64,000 nt of DNA from Chiloscyllium plagiosum (Eukaryota). Location: the NCBI RefSeq assembly GCF_004010195.1, contig NC_057719.1, positions 89,341,403 through 89,405,402 on the forward strand, read 5' to 3'. Numbering within the stretch: position 1 is the stretch's first letter; the number at the start of each line of letters is the position of its first letter. This document shows, in pieces, positions 1 to 11,031 of this stretch. Below the pieces are notes generated by a model that saw only the letters and a program-made list of their open reading frames with translations, was not told the origin of the DNA and made no database searches. A program made the translations under genes and the position numbers.

Positions 1-385
1 GACCCTGCTCTTCCAAGAATTTAGAAACCTCATCCTTAATGATGGATTCTAGAATTTTACCAACAACCGAGGTTAGGCTAATTGGCCTATAAATTTCCAT
101 CTTTTGCCTTGATCCTTTCTTGAACAAGGGGGTTACAACAGCGATCTTCCAATCATCCGGGATTCTTTCCCTGACTCCAGTGACTTTTGAAAGATCTCAA
201 CCAACGCCTCCGCTATTTCCTCAGCCACCTCCCTCAGAACTCTAGGATGTAACCCATCAGGGCCAGGAGATTTATCAATTTTAAGACCTTTTCTAGCACT
301 TTCTCTTTTGTAATGGCAACCATACTCAACTCAGCCCCTGACTCCCTTTAATTGTTGGGATATTACTCAGGTCTTCCACTGTGAA
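1..385 (-). mobile_element. CR1-type LINE RT-region fragment
   Basis: Reverse strand reads YRPISLTSVVGKILESII, typical of CR1 ORF2. Confidence 0.7.
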
Positions 386-2020
386 AGCAATTAGACAAGC
401 AAAGAAGGGATAAGAGAAAGTTCAGACTGATAAAAACAGGGAACACCCAAGATATTCTACAAGTATATCAATGGGAAAAGAACTAGGGAAAGAGTAGGAC
501 CTACTAGTGACCAATTGTGGTTAATGCCTAGGAACATTGGTAGAGTATTGAACTAATACTTCACTAGAGAATAAGGATTTAGGTATGCAACCCAAGGAGA
601 TGCTGGAGAAAACTCATTCAGGGTACGGCAAAGTATTGGAGGTGTTAGCAGGCTTAAAAGTGAACACATCTTGTCTGGATGAAATGTGTCCCAGACTGTT
701 GTGGGAGGGAAGTTGGGAAATAGCAGGGGTACGGACCCAAATTTATAATGCCCGTCTAGCCATGGGAGAGGTGCCAGAGGACTGGGGCTTATTTGGTTCC
801 AATATTTGAGAAGGGTTTAAAGATAGTCTAACATCAATGGTAGGGAAAATTTTAGGAAAATATTCTCAAGGTGAGCATTTATCTCCACTTGGAGGGGTTC
901 GGCTTGATCACAACTTCGTCAGAGAGAAGTCAGACCTAACAAATTTGATTGAATTTTTTGAGGTGAACAGGCATGTAGATGAGGATAGTGCAGTTGATGT
1001 AGTTTATATAGAGTTCAGCTAGGTCTCACACAGGAGACTTTTCAAAAAGGCAAATTCACATGAAATACAGGGTGACTTGATCAAGTGGATTCAAAATTAG
1101 CTCAGTGGTAGGAAACAGAGGATGATGACAGAAGGCTGTTTTTGTGACTGAAAGCCAGTAGCATACCACAGGGTTCTGTGCTGGGTTACCTGTTACAAAT
1201 TAACATAATATCTGGTCAGCATGGATGTGTTGGACCGAAGGGTCTATTTCCGTGCTGTACATTTCTATGAGTGGGGTTGGTTGGGGTAAGGGGTTGGTGT
1301 TGCCCTAGTATGCTTGCAGACAGAGGTAGTGCAGATACTTAAGTGAGGTTGAGTGTCTTCAATGAACAGCCATGACAACAGGAAATACTGTAGAACAAAG
1401 GGACCTTGACTTGCTTGTCCATAGAAGGTGGAAGGGCATGTTAGAAGGGTGGTGAAAAAGGCATATGGGATACTTGCCTCCTTCAATCGAGGCATAGATC
1501 ACAAAATCCAGGAAGTCATGTTGGAGCTGCATTGAACTTTGGCGAGACCACAACAGGAGTACTATATGCAATTCTGGTCACCAATTACAGGAAAAATGTG
1601 ATTGCATAGGAGAGGAAAAATGGAATAGGCTTGGGTTGTTTTCATTTGAACAGAGCAGATTAAGGGGCAATCTGATGTGTACAAGATTATGAGGGGCATG
1701 GACTGAATGGATAAGGAGCAGCTGTTTCCCTTAGTTGAAGGGTCAGTCAAGAGGGTTCAAGGTGAGGGGTGAAACTTTAGTGGGCAGATACAAGGCATAA
1801 TCTTTTTACTCAGAAGGTAGTGACAGTCTGAAATGCGCTGCTATCAAGGATGAGAGAGAAAAGTTGCCTCATATCTCTTAAAAAGGTATCTGGATGAGCA
1901 ATTGGTACATCGTAACACTCAGTTATGAGCCAGTATGGTAAATGGGATTAGATTGAAGGTTAAGTGCTAATATGTCGATGCAGGCTCCATAGGCCAAAGG
2001 GCTTCTTTTACGCTATGTGA
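386..2020 (+). mobile_element. Degenerate CR1 LINE, ORF2 3' part
   Basis: Fragments [28 protein letters not shown] with many stops and frameshifts. Confidence 0.75.
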
Positions 2021-2477
2021 CTATGAAATTAATTAGTATAAGGCAAGTGTGTTTGAGCATGCTGTACATATCCTTAACTGACTCAGCCATGCTTCGGCAG
2101 AAACAAACCATGAATGCAAAATTGAAGAAAAGGGTGGGCATTGTGTGTCAACTTTTGTTCTGTTCTGGGACTGAGGATGACTCCAAGAAAACCAACTATT
2201 TCCAAGATCCAATACAGCACAACCAAACAACGCGAACCCAACACTCAAACGAAGGAAAAATATTATGTATACTGAAAATCTGCAACAAACATAATGCTGG
2301 AGAAGCCCAGCAGGTCTAGCAGCCTATGTGGTGGGAGAAACAGATTTGGAACTCGCTCAGTTTCTCCCTCCAGCTTTCTGATTATTCCTATAATTTCGTC
2401 TAAAATCTAAACTTTTACTACACTAAGGCCAATTTGTAATTTTCACAAAAGACTTCCTTTGGCCTTTCAAAAGTTAC

Positions 2478-2592
2478 CTCTTGGTAAGCATTCTCCTTCT
2501 CACGAAGCTTCCGTTCAAGTTTCCGACGTTCATACATTTCTTCCTCATCTTCTTCTCGGTCCCTTTTCTTCTCCTTTTCTCGACTTTTCTCT
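2478..2592 (-). CDS. RBM25: RBM25 coding exon (R-EKSREKEKKRDREEDEEEMYERRKLERKLREKENAYQE); the gene continues beyond the window start
   Basis: gtttgcag| acceptor, |gtaact donor; 115 nt completes phase 2; YERRKLERKLREKE.AYQE is conserved. Confidence 0.95.
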
Positions 2593-3163
2593 CTGCAAAC
2601 ATCAATGAAACAGTTTTGGCTGTACAGACTCGATAGGTGAAATTGCTCTACTGTATTCTACGAAACAATGATTCTAATATAAGCAACTGATTTTAACAGG
2701 TTCTCCTTTAAAATACTATAATAATAAAACAGAGTTCTTTTGACAGCACTCGGTCAAAAAACCTGAAACATTCATTACAGGAGATGACAAACGTCATCAA
2801 ATTATAAACAGCAGGAAGGAAAACCCAACTAAGTCCAGACAAGCTTCTTGTTTCCCCTTCATTCCCCCTGAGGTTTTATTGGTATATCCAATGATACAGC
2901 TTGTCTGCACAACATGAACTTGCACCCAAATTACTTACAAATCTCCCAAGAAAATCTGGTAAACTTTACAGCAATTATACGGAGAAAGTACTGGATGATG
3001 ACGGGTGCCCATGGAATCATATCTTAATCAGAAACATAAAAATAAAAGCAGGACAGGAGTAGGCCAACAATTACATCAGAGATAAGGGTAAGCAAAATAA
3101 TTACAAGAACTGGAAAAGAAAATTTCTATAGTTAACTAATTTCCCAAAATCATCAGTGCAAAC

Positions 3164-3510
3164 CTAGATCTACTACGATCCTTGCTTCTTTCCCGATCCC
3201 GGCTTCTTTCTCTTTCTTTATCCCGTTCTCGCTCTCTTTCGCGGTCTCGCTCCCTTTCCTTGTCCTTAGTTCTTTCACGATCACGGTCACGGTCACGGTC
3301 TCTATCTCGTTCCCGCTCTCTTTCCCGTTCACGCTCTCTCTCTCTTTCACGTTCACGCTCACGTTCTCGCTCCCTCTCCTTTTCTTTCTCACGTTCTTTC
3401 TCTCTCTCGCGCCTTTCTCTTTCGCGTTCACGTTCTTTTTCTCGGTCTCTTCTTTCTTTTTCAACTTCTTGTCTTTCTTTTTCCCTTCTTCCCTTTTCTT
3501 CTTCTAGCTT
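3164..3510 (-). CDS. RBM25: RBM25 coding exon, RE/RD dipeptide-rich region (KLEEEKGRREKERQEVEKERR...KDRSRS-R)
   Basis: tttttag| acceptor, |gtttgc donor, 347 nt, phase 2; open RE/RD frame with varied codon usage. Confidence 0.95.
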
Positions 3511-6078
3511 CTAAAAATTAACAAAACAATTCTTACCCATTAGAGGGAATATTTAAAATATAAATTACAATGCTTTAAAGAAGAGTACATGAATCACAAA
3601 ATCATAGTTATTGTACACACAAAATGCAAGTTGATAGAACCTGCTAACTTTAGGAAGGCATGGTACAGTTTAGATGATCAATTACAATACTGATAAAACA
3701 TTTATATTTTAATTAAAACTTTACAGTCCAGAATTCCTACAAGTAAATGGAAACATCAACAGACTACAATCCATCCTTGGAAGTGATTTGACTTACAGTG
3801 GTCTGCTAGGACTTGAACCGTCAAGACTGGATTAACATTGCCTATAAGCTATGTGTCTGGGAAGAGCAAGTAAATTGTTCACAAGTAATAGAACGACCAA
3901 GCCGTCAGCACCAGCAGATGCCAATGCTTTAAAAGAATCAACTTTAACAAATTTTGTTACATACAATATATCATTTCTCTCGCATTATTAAACATGACAA
4001 ACTTTTAAAAATGTCAATATCCAACAATTCAAAAGTATTAAATAATTGTAAACACAAATTCTTACCTCAAGGCTCTTGCTGTTGATTGGTCACCAATGAC
4101 TCGCAAATCAGCAGACAATCGTGAAAAGAAAGCTTTTACGATACATCAATTTATCCAACCACCACTGGGCAGTGCCAAAGCACTTCAATAAAATCACCAC
4201 TACCCATTGCTGAATATACTGATGTAACCGCCATAATTAATGTTGAAAGCGATGCAAAAATATGTTTAACAAAGACTAAAAATTAATTAAGTGTAGAAGG
4301 ACAATCTAACCTATGCTAAATTATGAAGATGCAAAGGATTAGGGCAAATATTGATGCTGTTAACTTTCAACTTGAATTATTCTAAATTGTTAACGCAACT
4401 GATGCATTAAATTAAACAATATCACCCATATAGAAAGCACAAACATGCAGGAATATTGTGATAAAAGCAACACAAAATTACAAGGGGCTATTCCTAGATG
4501 TGATGGGCAATTAATTCAAGTGTAACAAAATATTCCGATTTATATGAACTTACCTCTGCATTTTACTAAATGCTAATATTTTGGTGTCAAGTAACAATAT
4601 ATTCTGCTACATACTTACAAAACTCTGATATCCCTCTTAGCTGAGTAGATTATACTAGGATAAAGAAATATAAAAAGGCGGGCTTCAAGTTCTAGCTCTC
4701 CATACCTTTGAATATTTTGTTAAATTCCTCGGGTTTTCAATGCATGTAATAATCCTTCAATTTTCATTTAAACTAGTAAAAGAAATTACGATTAACTTAA
4801 CTAATTGAGCATTTTTGTTTTATACTACAAAAGATCAAAGTTGCTTCAACATTAATGTGGCCTCTTATGAGAAATTATTGTTGTTGTAGTAAAGGAAGCA
4901 GTTTAAATGTAAACATTTAAAACATCTATGATTTTGACACAGCAAATGCAAAATAATGGCAAAGGAAAGGGTAAAGGGCAAAGATAAGCTGATTGGGTCT
5001 TACCTCATATTCTTCAGACTCATCAGTGCTCTAAATGGACACCCCCTGTTAAACTGAACATCTGACAGCAACAGTCTAAAAGACTGCAGCAAATACATTA
5101 CAATATAAAAGAATCAAAACATGCAAAGGTTGACTGTGCAAGTATTAAAACATCCCAATATTCAAAATGATTGCATTAAACTGCAAGCACTGAAATAAAG
5201 AGCTTTTTCAAGATGATTGTAATTAACTAGACTTTAAGGAATGACCAGTTACACCTTTGCATATTTCTAAGGGGGCATCCATGAATTTTATAAAAAAGAA
5301 ACTGAAGCTCATACTTACATCCTATCCATGCATTTTCACAAGTTCTGAGTTCATCTTGCTTTAGTCACCATATGATCTCTATCATAATGGTGGGGGTCAA
5401 TGAATAGATTAGCTTTAAGGGCATGTACATTATTCCATGCATGTTATATGGTACCTGTTTTGGATTTCCCCTTGCCCTAGCTGCTGCTTCAATATTCAAA
5501 TATATGCCTACAATTCAAAAGTACTACATAACACCACTAACTTTTCCACTAGCCAACTTTTGGGCAGGACTCTATACTTTACTCTCCCTTCCCAAATTTT
5601 CTTTAACTTAACAATTTCTAGATTTGACTCTTGTAGTATGAAGTTTGGTTACTAAATGCACTAGAAGCAATAGTAAACTCAATGTATTAAAAGACACAAT
5701 TAACCACTAGTCTATCAAGTGATACTCAAACTAACACTGACTAAATAAAACATGAGAAATTTATCACCCACCCACTTCCCCACCCCCCCAAAGAACTGAT
5801 TTCTAGTATTTCTGAAAGAAAAAAATCAGATTATACGTGCAAGTATTGATCATGGTTTAATTTATTGTCTACTGCCTTGTAATTCAAACTTAAAGTGGGC
5901 CAAATGTAACATCCATCCAAAAAAAATAAGGTTGCAAAGGTAAAATTCTGATTGCTTCAATTAAACTAAGAAAAGCTACTTTCAGCAACTAATGAACTAT
6001 CAGCTTTCTAAAAAAAAAAGTGCAAGTATGTGTAGTTTTTGTGCTCACATTTGTAGAAATAGTGAATTATGGTACTAC

Positions 6079-6162
6079 CTTGTGAGTATCTCTGAATTTG
6101 CTAATTTCTCGAGAAATTAGGTCTCTTTTGTCCTCTTCCATCTCCATTGCACTTATGTCATC
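6079..6162 (-). CDS. RBM25: RBM25 coding exon (DDISAMEMEEDKRDLISREISKFRDTHK)
   Basis: ttcttcag| acceptor, |gtagta donor, 84 nt. Confidence 0.96.
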
Positions 6163-6498
6163 CTGAAGAATAAAACATGGCTGTCACCAAAATATATTGT
6201 TCTCTTTATTATGCCAGAGATACATTTGAAATAAGAAAATGCAGGACACTAACAACATGACATCCATAAGGATAAAGATTCAGTGCAAGTTTGGGGGAGG
6301 GATCCTTCACCAGATATGGAAAGAACAGACAATCAAGCAAATTTTCTGGATCAAGAAAATGAAGATACACTTCAAATTATATAGTATCTTTCAAGACCTT
6401 CGGATGTGATCAAATGCTTGACAATTAATGATGTCCGTCTGAAGTTTGCTTAGAAAGTAGGGACAACGGAGGTATCAAAGCAAGGTCACACAAAAAGC

Positions 6499-7220
6499 AG
6501 GAGAAAGTGAGGACTGCAGATGCTGGAGATCAGAGCTGAAAAATGTGTTGCTGAAAAAGCGCAGCAGGTCAGGCAGCATCCAAGGAGCAGGAGAATTGAC
6601 GTTTCGGGCATAAGTCCTTCTTCAGGAATGAGGAAGGTGTGCCAAGCAGGCTAAGATAAAAAGTAGGGAGGCGGGACTTGGGGGAGGGGCGTTGGGAATG
6701 CAATAGGTGGAAGGAGGTTAAGGTGAGGGTGACAGGCCGGAGAAGGGGTGGGGGCGGAGAGGTCAGGAAGAAGATTGCAGGTCAAGAAAGCGGTGCTGAG
6801 TCCGAGGGTTGGGACTGAGATAAGGTGGGGGGAGGGGAAAGGAGGAAGCTGGAGAAATCTGCATTCATCCCTGGTGGTTGGAGGGTTCCTAGGCGGAAGA
6901 TGAGACGCTCTTCCTCCAGGCGTCGTGTTGCCATGGTCTGGCGATGGAGGAGGCCAAGGACCTGCATGTCCTTGGCAGAGTGGGAGGGGGAGTTAAAGTG
7001 TTCCGCAAGTAGGCGGCCTGCCTCCCCAATGTAGTGGAGGCCACATCGGGTGCAGTGGATGCAGTAAATGGCGTGTGTGGAGGTGCAGGTGAATTTGTGA
7101 CTGATATGGAAGGATGAATCCATATACCTCTGGGACATCTGCACCAATCAACCCAACCGCCCCGTGGCTGAACCACAAGGGATGAATGCACATTTCTCCA
7201 GCTTCCTCATTTCCCCTCCC
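6499..7220 (-). mobile_element. Penelope-like element 3' remnant: GIY-YIG endonuclease C-terminus, pLTR with hammerhead motif, short inverted segment at 7121-7220
   Basis: ORF 6782..7147 contains FTCTS.AIYCIHCTRCGLHYIGE...EHF..PSH...LIFRLGTLQP.GMN (Cys/His-containing GIY-YIG of PLEs). Downstream on the minus strand is CTGAAGAAGGACTTATGCCCGAAACGTC. Confidence 0.8.
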
Positions 7221-7231
7221 TGATCATATTG

Positions 7232-8240
7232 CTGAATGGCAGGCAGTGACCAGTGGGGATCAGTGCTGGGATCGCAGCTTTTTACAATATATGTTAATGA
7301 TATAGAAGATGGTATTAGTAATAACATTAGCAAATTTGCTGATGATACTAAGCTGGGTAGCAGAGTGAAATGTGAGGAGGATGTTCGGAGATTACAGGGT
7401 GACCTGGACAGGTTAGGTGAGTGGTCAGATGCACGGCAGATGCAGTTTAATGTGGAATGTATGGTTATCCACTTTGGTGGCAAGAACAGGAAGGCAGATT
7501 ACTAACTAAATGGAATCAATTTAGGTAAAGGGGCAGTACAAAGAGATCTGGGTGTTCTTGTACACCAGTCAATGAAGGTAAGCATGCAGGTACAGCAGGT
7601 AGTGAAGAAGGCTAATAGCATGCTGGCCTTCATAACAAGAGGGATTGAGTATAGAAGCAAAGAGGTTCTTCTGCAGCTGTACAGGGCCCTGGTGAGACTA
7701 CACCTGGAGTACTGTTTGCAGTTCTGATCTCCAAATTTGAGGAAAGACATTCTGGCTATTGAGGGAGTGCAGCATAGGTTCACGAGGTCAATTCCTGGAA
7801 TGGCGGGACTACCTTATGCTGAAAGACTGGAGCGACTGGGCTTGTATACCCTTGAATTTAGAAGACTGATTGGGGATCTGATTGAGACATACAAGATTAT
7901 TAAAGGATTAGACACTCTGGCGGCAGGAAACATGTTTCCGCTGAAGGGGGAGTGTCGAACCAAAGGACACAGCTTAAAAATATGGGGTAGACCATTTAGG
8001 ACAGAGATGAGGAGAAACTTCTTTAACCAGAGAGTGGCAGCTGTGTGGAATGCTCTGCCCCAGAGGTCAGTGGAGGCCCAGTCTCTGGATTCATTTAAGA
8101 AAGAGTTAGATAGAGCTCTCAAGGATAGTGGAATCAAGGGCTATGGAGATAAGGCAGGAACAGGATACTGATTAAGGATGATCAGCCATGGTGGTGCAGG
8201 CTCAAAGGGCAGAATGGCCTACTCCTGCACCTATTGTCTA
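7232..8240 (+). mobile_element. 5'-truncated CR1 LINE (RT C-terminus and 3'UTR)
   Basis: GSVLGSQLFTIYVND...[27 protein letters not shown]; 3'UTR ends ctcctgcacctattgtctat. Confidence 0.9.
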
Positions 8241-8295
8241 TCCTTTTTTCTATCTATGCTGTCAGTACCAATATGTATGGCAATGTCTTATATGT

Positions 8296-8850
8296 TTGCT
8301 TTCACCCTTCAGAATACCTTCCAGAGACATCCCTGACCTTGGGGCAACAGGCAGGCAACATACCATCCTAGAATCTCTTCTGCAGCCACAGAGATCACTG
8401 TTTTCCTTACACATGAATCCCCTACCACTACAACCTTTCCATTCATCATCCTCCCCTCCTGTGCAGCAGATCCATGCATAGTGCCATGAAGTTGGCTACC
8501 ACTGCTTTCAAATGCACACAGTCATCTCTCCTAATAATATCCAAAACAGTATGTCTGTCAGAAAGGAGGCTGACCACAGGAGACTCCTCCACTACCTACT
8601 TTCCTCTATTCTGCCTGATAGTCAACCATGCCCTTTCTGCCTGCTCAATTTGCAGCTGTGGGATGATCATGTCACTGATTGTAGTATCCACAACACAGAT
8701 GTTCCACAGTGAACTCACCAGAAGTTCCAGCTCCGAAATGTGATTCACCAGTAGCTGCAACTGGACACACCTCCTGCACGTGTGCTCATCAGGTACAACT
8801 GGAGCTGGCTTTGCAGGATATCACAGGTGTGAACTCTGCTGCCGTGGCCT
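8296..8850 (-). mobile_element. CR1 ORF1 (esterase-type) remnant
   Basis: Reverse strand atggtatgttgcctgcctgttgccccaaggtcagggatgtctc resembles the VCCLPGARVRDVS block of the ORF1 at ~26530. Confidence 0.5.
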
Positions 8851-10194
8851 TCCTTTAAGCCCCTTACTCATCTTTTTAAGAACAGTTATGCTTATGTATG
8901 AATACTATTAACATACTTTCATTTCCCTGCTTGGCTTATGTTTCTTTATTATATTAGCACTGCAATTACTTATTTCTGTTGTTTCTCAGTTAATACCTTC
9001 TACCAAATAAACACTTACGAAAATCATGCACCAATCAACACACCAATTTTCTGTGATGTCACTGTTTCCATTTGTTTTCTCCAATCAGCATACACCTGAA
9101 GCTGCAGATTTTAAACCATGATTCCCCTCCCTCTGCTTAATTAAAGCTGAAGAATACAGTCTTACGAAGCATGAACCACACAAAAAAAGTGAAAAGCATC
9201 TCTTCCCCTCTGCATTTCCACTGAGCTCCAAATTCCCAAACACACATGCACTTGGGCTATGTCTCACTCATGATGTGTTCGCTCTCAACTGTTTGTACGA
9301 AGCTACCTTTTTTCTTCATGTGATGAGACCGTGACAGGGAAGGTTAGCATTTGCATTCCATTCAAAACTGCTCTGTTAAACTTAACACAAGTAGCTTCAT
9401 CAGTCCGCTCAGAGGCCAATTAAGAATCAAAGACATCACTGTCTGTCTGGAGTCACATTCAAAGCCAATCCAGAAATCAACGCCAGATTCACTTCCACAA
9501 AGGACAATAGGTAGTTAAGGTGGTAAAGATGAAAAATTGATGCTTCCCTTCACTGAGCATGGCACTGAACACAAAAGCAGGTATATTTGGTCTCAGACGT
9601 TCGATATACACAGTTCTGATAACCGCATCTAAGGAAGTGCAGAATTGCTTGAGAGAATGCAGAGGAGATTTACAAGAATGTTGCCTACCGGCATGAAGAA
9701 AAGTCACATAGGCTCAGATTGTTCTGTGAAAGACAGAGGAGGTTGAGTGATGACTTACTGAGGTGTACAAAATAATTCAGGGCTTGGATACAGTAGACAT
9801 GGAAGTTTATTTCCTCTTGCAGAGAGGTTTAATACCTGGGGCACAAATTTAAGGTTATTAGTAGAGTTAGATGGAACATGAGGAAAGACCTTTTCACCAA
9901 GAGGATCGAGGGTATCTAGAATTCACTGTCTAGTTTAGTAGTCAAAGTACAGAGCCTCAAATCATTTCAAAGGATTGTCCCTGAAACATTATAACTTACA
10001 AGGCAACAGACCAGTTACTATAAGGAGGTACTAGAATTTTCTGCTGTTCCAAGAATGTGATCAGACTAGAATGGGTACAAAGACTATGAGGGAAAAAAAA
10101 ATTGAACAGGATATCATTGATTACTTAGGAACAGGACAGTAAACGAGCCAGGGCGTAGTGCAGAGCCAGAAGAATAACAAAGCTTGGCGTGGAA

Positions 10195-10505
10195 TAGAAT
10201 CTGTACAGTGTGGAAACAGGTGGTTTAGCCCAACAAATCCACAATATCACATTCTCCTACCCTATCCTCCTATATTTACCCCTGACTAACGCACCTAACC
10301 TACACGCCCCTGATCACTATGGGCAATTTAGCATGGCCAATTCACCTAATCTGCATATCTTTGCATTGTGGGAGGAAACCGGAGCACCCAAAGGAAACCT
10401 ACGCAGACATAGGGAGAATATGCAAACTCCACACAGTCATCTGAGGTTGGAACTGAACCCAGGTCTGTGAGACAGCATCGCTCACCACTGAGCCACCATG
10501 CCCTG
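10195..10505 (-). mobile_element. HE1-like tRNA-derived SINE
   Basis: A box tggctcagtgg, B-box-like gggttcagttcc, central tgtgtggagtttgcat...ggtttcctc domain, tail ctgtttccacactgta. Confidence 0.8.
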
Positions 10506-10854
10506 GCAATTATGTGAAGTCTGAGATAGTGGTGCCAGAAGGATCTAATTACTATCATAGAGAGGTTAATTGCACCAAGAGTTCAAGTAATCAACAGAAC
10601 CATGGAAGGAAAATTGGGAATTGGGCAAATTGGCATTGGGTCCTGGAACTCAGCCTGAAAGGGTCAGAGACACAGAAGCCTCATCACATTTCAAAAGGAC
10701 TTAGACATAAACTTGAAAAGGAATTACCTACAAAGCTATGAACCTTCTGTTGGCAAGTGAGAATTCCAGAAAAATCATCTTTCTGCCCAAAAGAGTTAAG
10801 ATGTATTGAATTAAGTAAACATTCATCATTAATTTATGTAATACAAATAAATAC

Positions 10855-11031
10855 CTCCTCTTTCTTTTCCTTTTTCTTCTTTTTGGGATGTGCATCTTGA
10901 TCTTGAGAAGGTGCATTTAATTCACTGGAGTACTCTCTTATTAGTCCTTCAATTGCTCCTTTCACAATCTGATCTCTTCTCTTGGTATCCTCATCTACAA
11001 CATCATCTGATGAATCCTCCGTTTTTGTATC
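10855..11031 (-). CDS. RBM25: RBM25 coding exon (DTKTEDSSDDVVDEDTKRRDQIVKGAIEGLIREYSSELNAPSQDQDAHPKKKKKEKKEE)
   Basis: ccctgaag| acceptor, |gtattt donor, 177 nt in frame; the KRRDQ..KGAIE.LIREYSSELNAPSQ block is conserved in RBM25. Confidence 0.92.

Noticed and set aside
3153..3514. Track ORFs 3153..3464 (-) and 3182..3514 (+) as separate proteins
   Set aside because: They are an alternative frame and the antisense shadow of the RBM25 RE/RD exon.
5019..5026. CUGAUGAG on the minus strand as a hammerhead or snoRNA box
   Set aside because: No stem II followed by GAAA, and no convincing C/D box pair with a terminal stem.
6255..6295. gcactgaatctttatcc as a relic of the missing 54-nt exon
   Set aside because: The resemblance is short and from memory, with no flanking AG/GT or matching peptide.
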